Below are positions 24,745-39,910 of a stretch of DNA of 64,000 nt, one piece after another. The DNA lies in NCBI GenBank assembly GCA_028023455.1, contig JAQFVV010000011.1:5704001-5768000 (forward strand), in the 5' to 3' direction. The position numbers were made by a program, and so were the translations under genes. The notes under the pieces were generated by a model. It was not told the DNA's origin and searched no databases. It saw nothing but the letters and a program-made list of their open reading frames with translations. The stretch comes from Epiperipatus broadwayi (taxonomy: Eukaryota > Animalia > Onychophora). How positions within the stretch are numbered: the first letter of the stretch is position 1; every line of letters starts with the position of its first letter.

Positions 24745-27700
24745 GTTTCATTCTATGAAACCACCATAAGCCAGTTCATAAAATAGCATCTATAACTATA
24801 CTACTAAAGGAATATAATAAATCTAGTTTGTTAAGATATCTATATAGGCATGTATATAAAATTAAGGTCGGCTACAGCATATTTGGGCAGCATTGAAAGA
24901 TTAAATATGAATACTATGCCGTATTTTATCATGTCTGCTAAATATTAACGAAATAGTTTATTTAAAGCAAATCTATCTTTAAGCATTTGTAATGGCTAAT
25001 TACATATATATATATATATATATAATAAATTTTATATTTACTCTTTTCAGAAGGGAGTTTATTATGTGCATTAATAAATGAAGAATTAAACAATTATGAG
25101 AACATCTAATCATTTCTCACTAATTATTTTATATTACCAAACTTCGTTCTGGATACAGCATAACATAAAAAAATACATAATTCAACTAATATGGCATAGA
25201 CTTATTAGTTATGATTCTTTCTTCAATTAAATGAAAATTAGAATTTGGCTTTAATTTCTCATAGTTAAATTAGGCAAGACTTACAAATTAAAAGATAAAA
25301 CAAAATTTACATTTATTTTTAGTTTTAGAACTTAACATTTGAAGAGTTAAATAAATTAGTTTAATAAAGTGGCCATTTACTTTAATTTAGCTAGCTTTAA
25401 GAGTTAAGATTTAGTTTAAAATATTCATTAAGATCTGCAGAAATCGGTTGCTGATACAACTTCTATGGCTATCTGCATGGTTGCTTGATTTTGGGTTGCA
25501 TCCTCATTTCTTCAGCAACTGGGCTACTGGGTTTTATATTTCCGCATCTTGTAGTTCCGTTTCGGGAGATAGATAGCAAATCTATCACCCACTACTCAAA
25601 AGTTTCCATTATGAAATTTTAATACAACTTGTCAAAATTAAAATTTCAAATTTTTAGCTCAGAATGCTTTAGAATTAAATTCTGAGTGTCTCAAACTGGC
25701 TGCAGTGAGTTTATATACTCACCTCTCCCCCTTCTTCATCGACCACCCAACTTGTTTACCAGTTTTTGGTTCCCCATCTGTTTTCTTATTCCTTGCCATA
25801 TTTTTTTTTTAGTAAAGCAAGGGATTCCTGCTGAGTTATCAATTTTCTTCTCCCTTTTTAAAAGTGGTTCCCTCAACCTTGACCCAGGTTAATTAATCTG
25901 ATTCCAATTTAAAATTATTTTTGCTTCTAACCTTTAATTAGATCCAGATCCAGTGAATGGATTATTTTTAATTACATTATTATTATTTTAAAGACAGATC
26001 TAAAACTCTTAAACATCTTACTTTATATGTAACATGTTTAACCAAAATTTATCTTTATATGCCAAAATATAATAATTTCTATATTAACTTTATAATAAAA
26101 TTTAAAAGTAAACAAAGTTTATAATGCTTTTAAATCTATAGCATTATTTCTTTTATGCATATATGTAGGTTTTTGTTACACACACAGCAAGGTTTCCTTT
26201 TTTTTAAATAAATAATAATATATACGTGCATATACTCTGATTTATTATACATATACATACGCGTTGAACAAGGTATGCTATAATATATATGCACACATGA
26301 TCATTATAATAATTAAGTTTAAATTTAACCTGATATATGCAGACTTGGGTATATGGCTAGAGAAATAATGTACTACTATAGAATATAATAAGTGAAACAG
26401 GATGATTGATAAAGCTGACTATTTCAATATATTCTAACCTCAACTTTAGACAAGTAAATAGTCTATTGAAAATAACTCTGGAACCAAACAAGGAATGCTA
26501 GTGTGTTTATCTAATGATAATAATAAGATTAGGTATACCTGGATGCCAAATTGTAACTATGAAATTGTAATGCCTGCCAGAGATCATCATCCATGCTTAT
26601 TACTATAGGATATAATGAAGAAGGTAATTAAATTGTCTCAAAAAAATTTATATCATGTTGATATATCCAATTAAATTTTTTATGGTCTTAATTTAAACTT
26701 AATAATAATTATGTAAATTCTCTCTTGATAAGTTATTACTGCTAACTAAATAATATAGACCACTTTCTTCTACAACTTTATACAGATATATGATCTCGAG
26801 TGGTAATTACAAGAATGTTTGTATATTTCTAATATCTAACTGACTAGAAATAAATCAGTAATCGACGTGGAGAACTCGTAACTTATGTTTATAATACATA
26901 CTATAAGATTACTATTTAATTCAAAGTAGAATAAAAGAAATGTTATAAATCCTCCCCATTTTACCCCACTACTATTATTTTCATTCTCAGCATCTATCAC
27001 CTTTAATAGTCATAATTGTATGACACTAAATGTCTGTGTTATGTTCTCCTTTATATCTTCTTAACTAACAACTCTTAATCTTCCTTCCTTAAACACACAT
27101 ATATGCTTTCCAACTAACTATATAGATTCATTATCATTATTATAATAGCATTTTCCGATTTTAATACTTACACTACTTGACTTCCAAGCTAGCTCTCTTA
27201 GATTTAATAATCGAAGTACTCAAATTTCTCAAGGTCTTAATCTGCTAATGAGGTGCAATTATTAATGATTACAGTGCAATGGATATGATCCCGAAACGTG
27301 CTAAATTAAATTTTAATGTGAGTTTACCAGTGGGAATCATATTATATACCAAAAGCAGAAAAAGGATTTTATGTCTACTCGTAATATTCATAACATTGCA
27401 ACGAACCAAATAACTAAATTTAACATATCAAAATTGACTATTTCTCTCATTTTATTTTTATTTCATATCTTCTGTTTGCCACATTTAACCAGTACTTTTA
27501 AATCTATTACATTTTACAAATTGGGTATAATCTTTATTCACACGAAATGATCGTTCCCCTCTTCTCTATATAAGAAAAAATCTTTCTTGGTTGATATTTT
27601 ACAAAGGAGAACTATGGAAATCAATCGTGGAAGTAAACTATGGAAATCAATCATGGAAATCGATCAACATAAGACAATTCATAAATTTAAATGTGATCTG

Positions 27701-27772
27701 GTATTATTATAAAATTGGTTATGGCAGTATATAGAATATACCTTTTATAAGGCAGTAAGGGTTGTAGGTATA

Positions 27773-27834
27773 AGCTCTAGATATAAGTTCTGGATATAGA
27801 TTCTGGATATAGGTTCTAGATATAGGTTCTAGAC
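27773..27834. repeat. 13-bp tandem repeat x~5 (atataggttctag-like)
   Basis: Read directly from the sequence. Confidence 0.85.
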
Positions 27835-30800
27835 ATTTGAAATATTAAACACAAGATGCACATGTAAATTTATAACAATAACAAATATTTATTATGCTTA
27901 AACAAGAAAGAAACACCCATATATATAGTATGACTACAATCTCAAATATTATACTGATTGTAAAATAAAAAATTACATTCTTTTATATGAAATTCACTTT
28001 AACTAAAAAAAATAAAATAATAATAATAATAAAAAAAATACTTTCAGATTATTTAAATTTCCTTAAACCTAATCACTGTTTTGACCCATATTTCAATTTA
28101 ATGTTAATGCGCTTACGCACGGAATCAGAATTCCGCATTTAAATATAAATATGAAATTGTCTTATAACTTTACTCAACAGCCTACTCAATTTCTTGGCCC
28201 TCCTTTATTACAACAATTATAAATTTAACTATTCCAACAAGCAATAGTATTTTGTATTTCCTATGTAAAGATAATGTTATATCCAAACCTTCTAACCATT
28301 CTAAATAATTGATTGGAATATACTAAATATTCACAGCTATCCCCCTGTGATTCTGATCATCATGTTATCACTTTAGCGACAGTATACATTTTGATAGGCT
28401 AATATGTTGCCACAGCTTGACAATGTCTAATTTTATTACTTTCCACAAACTCTGACCACAGATCAGCCAGCTTATAAATTGAAGTAATTCTCTGTCATCC
28501 CCCACATCAACACACTCATCTGATTATAACCCTAACCCTGTCATAGCAACTTTTATCCTATCTTGCAAAAAACCCTCTAAATATTTTATAGCACTATACA
28601 GCACTTCACAACACACACATTAGTGTCTTAGTAAGGGAAATTAAACAACTCATAACTTCCAATGTTAGCATTGGCCAGAGAACTGCCTTCTTCCCTGAGG
28701 CTACATATTATGTGAGGAACTAGTCTCTACACATTTACTTTAAATAGGAATGCAAAACATTTTACCACAACTGTATCAATAATTCCCTATTTAAATAATA
28801 AATACAATTGGAGCTGGGATCAAATCATTGATCTCCCAATACCTGCATACATAGTAACTAAGTTATGAGATAGTTATTTTCTATCTATCCATTTGAGGTG
28901 GATTGCAATAACTCTACCTCAATAATATTCAGCATTTACAGCTTCACACATAAATACAGGGTGATTATAGTCTTGATGCAAAATGACAAAGTTTTGACTG
29001 ATTACGAACCAAACCCATGTACTATATTAATTTCAAAAGTCAAGCACCCAGCAACATTCATCCAACCTTTCACAATCACAGAGATCACATCTACATGTTA
29101 AGGCATAGCAATGACTATTCAAATATTTTTCACACATCTAATAATAGACATATAATTTTGATAATAAAAAAAAATCTTTCCCCCTTTTTTTTTCTTTTTA
29201 TATGACAAATATATAAACATTTATGCTTTCTCATTATTACACATTAACATTTTTTTTCCCAATAGTTTCTTATAGGTCAAAATCATTTTTTCTTTTTTAA
29301 AAAATTCCTTTAACTGTTAAATATCTATTAAACATACTACGAACATATAAATAAAAGCAAAATAAACAATAAAACATTATGCATTGTCTCTTTGTTTTGG
29401 GTTCCTTTGGAGCTCAGTCTGAATATTTTGTACAGGCAAGGCCAATTTGACAGAAAACACTTATGTATTATCCATAGACACCAATTATCATTTTTCAGTT
29501 CACTGCCTTGGAAAACACATTATATCTATCTTACATTAATGATTATAGACGCACATGAAAATTTTTTTCATTCAAGATGTAGTTACATTGTTCGCGATAA
29601 TTAAAACTGTTGAAAATTAGTCCTGCAGATTACTTTCACGTTTTAAATACTTTTCTTCCCGGATTCGAATCTAGATGCTTGGTTTCACATTTTAGTCCAT
29701 AACTTTATTTCTTTAAGCTTCATTTTTCTTTTTTTTTTCAGTTTATTTTAGGAGGAGAAATAAAAATTCAAACAAAATAGTGTTGTAGATACTCTTTTTC
29801 CATGTATATTCTTACTGAAGTCACAATCAAAAAAAAAATTTACTAATAAGTATGATGAGTATTTAACTAACTTTATATTAAAGTCCAATCATTTCTTGGA
29901 GTTTTAATTAATTATGCCACGGATAAAATATTGTTCCTGAGGTTTCTTCTTTTAAATGAACTTTTAAAAGCTAAATATGAAGATTAAGATATTGAGTACA
30001 GAACTTTTTGTTGCGAATTAATTTTGCCATAATTGATTTTGGAGAGAGATTTGTACACTATTTATTTGTTTTTAGCCGTTCATCTTAAGTAATATATACA
30101 CATTTCTTAATAAGTTGAGTCAATTGCTGTCTGAGAGAAAATGGTCAGAGAAGATGATCAGATATTAAATTATCAAGAAAAATCCCCCCGGTCTTTATTT
30201 GCATTAGCTTTTATAAAGAAAAAAAGGTCACCTGCAAGTCTTTTGCTTTGATTCTTTTAATCTACCGATTGTCTTTCTCAAGGCAACCTTTTGACACTAT
30301 TTGTTAAATGCTGGTTTTGGTTTATTGTTTTCAGCTCCGATTACGTTTTCATTTTTCCTTTCTTAACACATTTTATACTGCTCTGATTTACAAGAAATAT
30401 AAAATATATATATATAATTGTGGGTATTTTATAAAACTGATATTATATAAATAATTTCTTCTTTAAAACTTAAATCAAATTTAGAGCTGAAAACAATAAC
30501 CAATTCCTGTAAAACCCATACAAAATAAATTCATTTTACATTATACTATCAAATAATCTAGAGTACAATGTGTAAATTTTGACAAAAAAAAATTATATAT
30601 GCATCATACACATCCATATGCACGCACATACAATACTAAATAGTGAACTGCTTGTTCATATTCATATTACAAAATATCTTTTATTCATATTAATACAATT
30701 CCTAATTTCCTAAAAATTTAAACCTATTCTCATGCAAAGAACCATCAAACTAATGCTATCTATAACAAGTTCAATTTCAATTTGCACTAATATTTTTATT

Positions 30801-31476
30801 CATAAATATTACGATTCACAGACTTTTCTGTTTAGATTTATAAATCAACATTTTTCAGATATTATAGTCCACGCAATAATCAATTCCCCTTCTCTCTATA
30901 TAATGATATGCTATAATTTTAAATAAAACACAAACAGACCTTTCTCTATACATTAAATTTAAGCCACATGGTTATTTGTCTCTCTAAATAAAGCTTTTAA
31001 CTTTCAAAAATTTTTTTTACTCGGATATAGTTAAGAAACCAATCCTACTATTTATTTCCCAATCATTAGTTTCTTTACGAAAGAAACTAAGGATTATAAT
31101 ATATATATATATATATATTTAGTTGTGCAATTCTATCCATTTACAAAATGTTTTTTAACATCACTGCTGTGGACTGATGTTCTTATCTCAAACCACATTC
31201 CATTATGAATGGCTACTCTTTTTTGATAATCCTGACTGAAACACTGCAATTGTTTGGCCATACAATTATCAGCAAAACCAACATTTTGATTAATAACTTT
31301 CTCTTAATTGGAAAATTAATTCATTTCCTTTTGTAAATGTGTTTAATTCGATTTTTATATACACATTTGTTTGTGCCGGCAACTTTCATCTTCACCAGAC
31401 TTATATGTAAGTGCTGAAAAAATATATAGTAAAGAAGAATGAAGTGGTTTTATCTTGGCCTGGGTATTCTTTAGTA

Positions 31477-34208
31477 CAGTGTTCCTTAACCAATGGACTG
31501 CAGAAAAAATTTAGTGCTCCACAAAAAGCTTATAAATTTGTTAATATTTATTATATATGTTTTTACAATCTTTTAAATTAGGACTAATTTTATTAAATTT
31601 ATCTTTAATTCAGCTCTAATATTTTTTTTTTTTGTTAGTTGTTTTATTCCTAGAATTCATAGAAAATAAACTAAAAAAACAAAATAGTACAAGAAATAAA
31701 ATAAAAAAAATTCTATTTCCAAATATCAGTCATCTCACAGTAAAAATACTTCTCCATTAACAATTTTGCACATTAACATTTTATGCACTGAAGCAGATTT
31801 TGGTAAAATCTAACAGTTGTCAGTGGTATGTACTATGTAATTTGCTGTAACCAGATGATTGGAATTGTACTGGCATACAGTAATAGGAATTACTATATAA
31901 TAGATGTGTACTATAAATTGAAATACATAGAGTATTTAATACTTACATTTTTGATAAATTTTAGCAGTTTAAAAGTGAATAATAACAAGAAATTATCAAA
32001 AACTATTGCAGACTTTTTAAAAAATCAAGTGTACTTTGAATGCTAATGAGTGTATTATTTATTTACAAAATGATTCACCTCAGGCAATAAAGAAAATGTA
32101 TTTTTTTTGTCAATTCAATCCTAATTATTTAAAATTTGGGTTAATTTTTTGGCCTGAGTCAGATATTTGGTTTAATTTCTTGGCTTGAGTTGGAAGAAAA
32201 TTTATCCAGATATGATTTTTTTTATTTTCAGAGAAATTTTACCCAATAAGAGTATGAAGCCAGCAAAATTAATGCACCATTTACAGGCCAAACATTCAAA
32301 TCTACAAAATAAGTCATTGAATGTTTTTGGACATAAAAGTGCTGAATTGAAAAACAGAAATCATCTTTTAAAAAATGTATTTTAGTCAATAAGTCTTTTG
32401 TAAAAGCATCATATTTAAGTTGTGTTAATGATTGCTCTATGCAAAAAGCTGTACTTTATTGCTGAAAACTTAATTAAACCATGTTTAACAGATATATATT
32501 TTGAAATACTAAATACAGTTGTTGGAGACAAAATAATAACTTTGCTTTTTTGTAATGATATTATTCAACACAGATTTTGTGACTTAATGACTGATATTGA
32601 AGATCAATTAATTCAAAAAGGAAGCAAATCATTGTTTGCAATTCAAATATAAGAATTTACAAATGTCACCAATAAAGTCATACTGTTATGTTATTTTAGT
32701 TATACTGATTGTGAAATCAATAATATAAAATAATTTTTTTGTTGTGTTGAACTTCCTAATTGTTAAACTAGTTTGAATATATTTAAAGCAATTGATAATT
32801 ACACCAAAAAGAACTCACTTAATTGGAAAAATTGTGTTGGCTTATGTACTGATGAAGTACTAAATATAACTGGAAAATATTCAGGAATTGCAAAAAAGAA
32901 ATAGTCAATGACAAAATGATTTTTACTCATTGTGTTACACACTGCAAGCATTTAGCTCCTAAAAAATTGTCTCCTGACTTGAACATTGTTTTTACTCAGT
33001 CGATAAAAAAATAATGAATTATATTAAATGCAATGCATTAAGTTCAAGACTATTTTTAAGTTTATGCAATGAAGTGGGATCTGGACATGAAAATTTACTA
33101 CTTCATGCAGAAGTACAATGGTGAATGATAGAGTAAATATTAATAAGACTTTATGAATTAAGAAAAGAAGTTGAAACTTTTCTAGAAACAAAAAAGTTCA
33201 GAATTGAGAAACTGGCTTACTTGTTGGACATATTTTTATTAATAAATGAACTAAATTTAAGCCTACAAGGAAATAATACTATTTTTGATTTATGGGATAA
33301 AATTAAGGCATTCAAGAAAAACTTAAAACTATGGTGTAAGTGTGTAGAAGAAAAAAAACTATAATACATTTTATTTATTTTTAGAATTGATAAATGAAGT
33401 TGATGTAAATATAGGTGACTTGAAGAATGCTGTTTACGAACATTTAACAGGACTTTGTTGTATGTTTGATTAATATTATCCACAGGAAAAAGACACATGG
33501 AAAGGCAATATGTGGATTTTAAATCTGTTTATTGAACAAGAAAATAACCTAACTGATTTGAATCAGGGAAAATTAATAGAGTTAAATTGCAATGGTACAT
33601 TAGAGTTAAATTGCAATGGTACATTAAAGTTATTATTTAATTCGACAAGCATAACTCAGTTTTGAGTTAATATTAAAACTAAATATTCAGAATTACACAT
33701 AAAGGCCTTAAAAATGTTATTGCCATTTTCAACCACATTCTTATGTGAATCGACATTTCGACAATGACTTTTATAAAATCAAAAGAAAGAAATAGTTTAT
33801 TAATAAATCCAACTTTACATTTAGCAGTCATAAATATATCTCCAAGACTTGATAATTTAATTACTGATAAGAATTGGCAACAATTGCATTAGGTTTGACT
33901 TTTTAATTATAATTATGTTTCTCTCAATTATTTAAATATTATTCTTTATTTTTCTTCAGATTTTGTTCATTATTAGTTTAATATTTTATTTTTGTATAGT
34001 TTTGCAAATTACTCTATGTTTTTTTTTTTAACATTCTTTGAATATGTATATATATATATAAAGTTTGTTAAACACTACAGTTAATTATATTTTACTATAA
34101 AAAATCTATCTTTCCTTTTTTTTTTTTTGTTCAGTATTTCATTCAGTCTACAATAAAAAGATAAAAAAATTATTGGTCTGTGTCATGCATTTCAGTTGAG
34201 AAACATTG
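31477..34208 (+). mobile_element. Buster-type hAT DNA transposon with decayed transposase (ZBED5/SCAND3-like)
   Basis: TIRs cagtgttccttaa / ttgagaaacattg and 8-bp TSD ctttagta / ctttaata (TA at positions 4-5). Transposase remnants: SMKPAKLMHHL, AENLIKPC, NCVGLCTD, HENLLLHAEV, LAYLLDIF..LNLSLQG, LLPFSTT.LCES. Confidence 0.92.
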
Positions 34209-37200
34209 CTTTAATACATATTTAAGTAAAGAAGTTTCTTACTAATCAATATTCTAGAGATTTTTATAACTTATTGATTTAGTGATTGTGTTAGGTTGAT
34301 GACATTCTTTTGTTTTTCCCAAAAAAAATAGTAGCTGTTATCCAGATTAATTTCCAGTACAGTGAAGTTTTTAATATTCTGCTAGTAGTGCAGGCAAAAT
34401 GAATTTTCTGGGTTTTAAAATTATTAGTTGTGAAGCAGTTTTAATATTTTTACCATGATTCTTTTCTTAGCTAGTTTAAAGCTGAGATGGAGATTCTTTT
34501 AATAGCTCCTATAAGTCACTTTGTATGACAAGTGGCAGATGATTCAAAGTTGCCTCTCTGATTGTCATTCTTGAACTATGGATAAGATCTGTGTAGTCCT
34601 ATGGGTAGTGATCTTTTTTTCTTCTTATTAATATTATTTTGAACTGATATAAAAGTACTGATGCAAGGTCTGATAAAACATTGAAAAATTAAATATTTCT
34701 GTTTTAAATGTATTTTATATAGTGGCTAAATTTAAAAACAAAACAAATATATCAAAGATAACTAGCTTATTTTCAAAAGAACATCTTTACCTACTCTCAG
34801 AAAATTTGATATGCAAATAATTAGTTCCATCAAAGGTTTTTCTTCTCTTGCAATACATCTTTAAAAAATACATTTAATAGAAAATTAATTAAAATTTTAA
34901 GAATATTTTTAAAACTAATCTTTTAAGTAAAATAAATATTTTTTGAAAATAATGTAATTAAAACTCAAAAATAAAGATAAAAGACTTATTATTCTTTTTT
35001 TTTTTTATATTTAAGAAAAATGGAAGTAAATATTACAAAGTCTTCATCATATTAAAAGATTTAAAAAAAAATTATCATCATTTAGTTAAAGTTTATGTAC
35101 CATTACATATATTGTAACTGATGAAAATAAGCAATCCGATTATGCCTAATCAAATTTGTAGCTATCAAAAATCTTAGCTTATCAGTAATAATGAAATCAC
35201 TCTCTTAATGTAAACAAAATATGTTATTTCTATTTTAAATATTTAAAAAAATGTAAATTTCCTAAGCAGATAACTCTTTCAATTTAATCCAATATTCACA
35301 AAACAATATTAATGTGTATTAATAAATATTATCTCAGGGTGATGAAAATAATATATAACTGTGTATGCAGAGAAGAGTAAACAGTTCTAATAATATTTAT
35401 ATGGTTAGAAAATTGTCTCTTAAGTTTTAATTTTAAATATCACATAAGGTTATCTCAGGGTTTTAAAATATTTGAATATAATAAATAAGACTTAGAATTT
35501 TATTATTATAAATCTTTATCATCGATGTGGATCAGTAACAAAGGGAATTTTATTGTATCTAAATCTTATCTTATACTAACTAAGCATTAATATTTAAATT
35601 ATATATGTTAGTGTTAATGACTAAAATCAATAACATTATTTCAAAAAATCAGTGTATCTTTAAATAAACTTAATATGATATCATGTGATCATAAATTACC
35701 AATTAGGACGAATGTGAAAATATGAAAGACGAAATTCAAAATAATTTTAGTAAATATAAAATCAATTTATTTATATAAAAAAATAAAGAAATAAAATTAT
35801 AACAATAAATGAAGAGTAATCACATATTAGACCTTCTGTCTGTGTTTGTGATAGTTATGACTTTTTAATATGGCATTCTGCCATTGCAAACACAGTTAGC
35901 AGATCTAATACATATGTACCAAATTAAGTTCTCATCAAATTCAATATCTAAAAATTTTGAATACCTTTTAAAATAGAAGAGTTTTATCTAAATTTAAACT
36001 ATAATAAAACAATGTATATGCTTATCTATATATGTTGTTGAACAAGCAATTAATTGAAGAAGATTGTTATGAAAGTATTAAATAAACGTCACAATATTAG
36101 CTAAATATTAAGTAACTAATATAAAATACTTTATCTGCTTTTTCTTCAGTCTCTCCAAAATATGTATATCTTTTATATAAACTTTATTCATTTCTTTTCA
36201 AGGATAATAAAATATTTATCCTATAAACTCAAACCATATAAATACTTGTGATGTTATAAATTATCTGCTTTCTACGGGTTAAAATACATATCATTAGGAT
36301 GTCTTCTCTCTGTTGTATGATTATACAATACTATAACAAAATATTTATACCTACTGAGACTGAAGTATACTTAACATAGGTACATGTGGCATTACAAAAA
36401 AATGTCTGCCCATGTTAAAATTATGAGCAAAATTAGAATATAAGTTGTTAGGAGCTTCTCTCTGCTAAATAATTATTTAGCATTGTTTGAAAACTCATTA
36501 TCACAGAAATAATCTAATTGTACAGAAATTCTTCATATACTATTAGCATATCTCTAATTCTAAAATATAAGGGCAACTTACATCATTCCAATGCTTTCAA
36601 ATAACAGAAGACGATAGTAATAAACTTAGCCTTTTACACTAAAACATTCTGATACCTCAAAACAATTAAATATAAGAAAAAGTTTGAAATTTTGAGATCC
36701 ATAAAACATAGAAATATATATAAAACAACTATAACTTTAACTATTAATTAAAATAACCAATTTTAGTAACAATCTCCAACACAAGTTTACACACATATAC
36801 AAGTTATCAATTTTAAAATTGTAATTATATAATTTTAAATAATAGTACTTATACATCCCTGTTGATCCTTTTTCCTATTTTGAGAACTTTTATTTTATTA
36901 AGAACAAGGAAAATAGATATTAATAATGCTAATGAAACATAAATGAAAAATTCTATTATCCAAAGTTTTTTCAAAGTCTTTATATTTCATGAAGACACAT
37001 TGTAGATATTTTTATTCAAGTAGAGATTTTAAAATGATGTGAAAATTGTTTCAAATCCTTCAGTGATTCTACAGTGAAAATCTCAAAGGACAATGTAAGA
37101 ATTTCTTTTTTTTGTCAGGAAAATGGTAGCAGAATTTTATCTCTGTTGAATAAATCCATTAATGTAGTAATTCAAATAATAATTAAAGTCAAGACAAGTT

Positions 37201-38930
37201 TCTTTTTCTATTTGTAAATGTGTTTTAGCAGATAATTAGTTGTTTTTCCTTGAAGTAAATCTTTTCACAACAAGGTATCCACGATATTTATACATTATTT
37301 CATAAATATTTATTTGTTTGACAATAGCAGATGAGGAATTGAAGTGTTAGTGTTCCCTGATGTGGTCAATCATTTTGAATTATTTTGAGATGCATTTGCC
37401 CAAAGGGCAAATGATCTGTAAAATTATACTTCATCTTCAAAAATAATGACAACCAAGATAACTAAATTTAAATATTGGCCTAGTAAACTTTGCCTAGAAA
37501 ATGGCTAACAATGAAAGAGAAAGATTTTTCTTACACATATATGTTTATAAGTTTTTTACCTTGTGACTGATTTCATTGTCATCTTCACTCAAATTTTGTA
37601 ACTCTTATGAGAAAAATTTCTACAGTTTCATAGACATAACATATTGGCAGACAATAAAATTGCATAACAATATTTTAAAATCATATTTAAGTAAAATACT
37701 ATTTCAATAAAATTAAATATATAAATTATAATGTTAGAGAAAATATTTATATTACAGATATTAAAACAAACTCTTTGTATTTTGTTCATTTATTATTGTT
37801 CTCACAGGAAATTACATTTTATTAAAATAATAACTTTACTCTAAATCATTTAAAATAGTAACTCTAAATATAAAATAGATTAAAGAAATCTAAAATAAAC
37901 ATTTGCACACACATCATACATATTCAAATATTATATTAAAAGTTTATGTCCCTATTGTAAAGCATTTTAACATTATATATAAATTAATATAATAAATATT
38001 TTATTAATCTTATTTTAACTAACTTATTCACATGAATACAACATTATGCATTTTATCAGTGTATTGTCCCTTGTAAAAGTTACCTTCATACATTTGAATT
38101 TTTAAAATTTTAAAGGAAACTGCAATTTTTTAAAAATTGCTACAAAAATGTTAAAAACTTAAAATATACAAGTCAATACTTTGGAATTGAAAAATTGTCC
38201 TTTACAAGGTACAAATCATAATAATAATATTATGTTTATAATAAACCAATAAAAAATTTTGAGTTATCTGTATGCATCACAATATATTTGTAAAATAATT
38301 TTAATTTGTTAATTTTATTAAAAGATATTACATGTTTGGAACTGGAGTAATTACAATATTCAGAAACACGTTCATATATGAGTGTATGTTATTTGTATAT
38401 ATTTTGTATTATTTCTATTGAATAATTCCTAATCAAATTGATATTTCATTTTCTATCTGATTTGTAAGAGAACATTTTACACTTTTTGTTGTTTTTGATA
38501 ATGTTATTGTCAGATAATTTTGAAAGAAGATTTTAATATTAAAATAAAATAAAAAGTATGGATTGACTTCTAAAGTGTTTATGTAATTCAAAATTATAAA
38601 ATTAAAACTACTCATAATAATAAATTATGTATCATTTGTTTGGAAGCTCATATATTGTTCAAGCATCAAAATGATAGATGGAGCCTATAAATTCTATTTA
38701 ATTGACCAAATGTTTTTTTTTACTTTTACTTTATAATATTTGTAGAAAAAATTCAAACTATAGTATTAATTAATAAAAATGTAATTGAACTAATAATCTT
38801 CATATAATAATTATATATATATAATCATTTTTTAATTTAAAAATTGTGATTAATAGTTTATCTATAACTCTATAATTTTCCTTTTTTTCTTTAAATATGT
38901 AATTCTATGAATAATGCTAATATGCTAATA

Positions 38931-39171
38931 CAAGAAAAGATTATATTCTGTTGGACAGTTAAATAAATAATTTGCTGAACATTGCTTTCGACTCAGGAAG
39001 GGGGGGGGTCATAATTATAGCACTTCCACATGTTTTCTTCAATATTACCACCACTTCACCAGTTGGACTGACAGGCTGAAGCACTATTTTTATGACCCCC
39101 CCCCATCCGTTCGAAAGCAATTCGCAGCAAATTATTTATTTAATTGTCTAACAGAATAAAATGTTTTCTTG
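38931..39171. mobile_element. Tc1/mariner-type MITE (241 bp, ~85-bp TIRs)
   Basis: TA|caagaaaa..attctgttggacagttaaataaataatttgctg..gggggggtcataa versus its inverse ending ttttcttg|TA; TA duplicated on both sides. Confidence 0.85.
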
Positions 39172-39796
39172 TAGTACCTTATTAACGTTATTCATAGAAT
39201 TAATAGTTTGTTTTTTAATTTATATTTTATTGCAGTTTGAAATGTCACTTTAAAGGTTATAAAGTGAATTTGAGATGAGGTAAAAACTTTTCCACCAAAT
39301 GTACTTTTTTCACCAAACGAAAATGAGATTAATTAGTAATAAAATTTAAGTATGCAAATTTTTTGTTAGGACTGAAAGTGACATTGAGCATTGGTTTATA
39401 GCCTTTTAGCTCTCAAGTCTGTCACTTTCCGATTGCACTAAACACACAGGGTAAATAATGATATTCTCTGAGAATGATATACATTTTTATTATTTTTTCA
39501 CTAATTATTTAAAAATTTAATGAAAATGCTTTTCTGATACGGATATAAGTTTTAATTATATTTTTATCCCTTTTTTTAAATTTATTTTTATTTTGTTAAA
39601 AATTACTTTTTGCTGCAATTTTTCACTTTAATTTTCAAAGTACAATAAGTAGTATTACTTTTTTTTTTGTTTGTTTGTAAAAATTCTCCTCATCATTAGT
39701 TTTTTGTCAAAAGGCGGCTTTCTAAACCAGACCCCCCAAACTAGATAACCTTCTAGATCCAAGCCTTGCAATTCTTACTCAAACTATTTCTTTTTT

Positions 39797-39910
39797 GTCA
39801 AGTGTTGGTGGCCTAGCGGTTAGCATAACTGCCTTCCAAGCAGCTGGCCCTGGTTCGCTTCCCGGTCAACGCTTTGACGTATATATATATATAATAATAA
39901 TAAAAAAAAA
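39797..39910 (+). mobile_element. tRNA-Gly(TCC)-derived short SINE, second copy (tRNA body 39802-39872)
   Basis: Nearly identical to 18425-18495, with the same GTCAA leader, TTCGCTT T-loop and TTTGACGTATA trailer. TA/TAA/A tail; imperfect TSD aaacta(ac)tttcttttt. Confidence 0.88.

Noticed and set aside
25556-25600. 11-bp hairpin followed by GAAAC on the minus strand
   Set aside because: The CUGANGA core is not conserved (TTGAGTA) and there is no NUH site or stem III.
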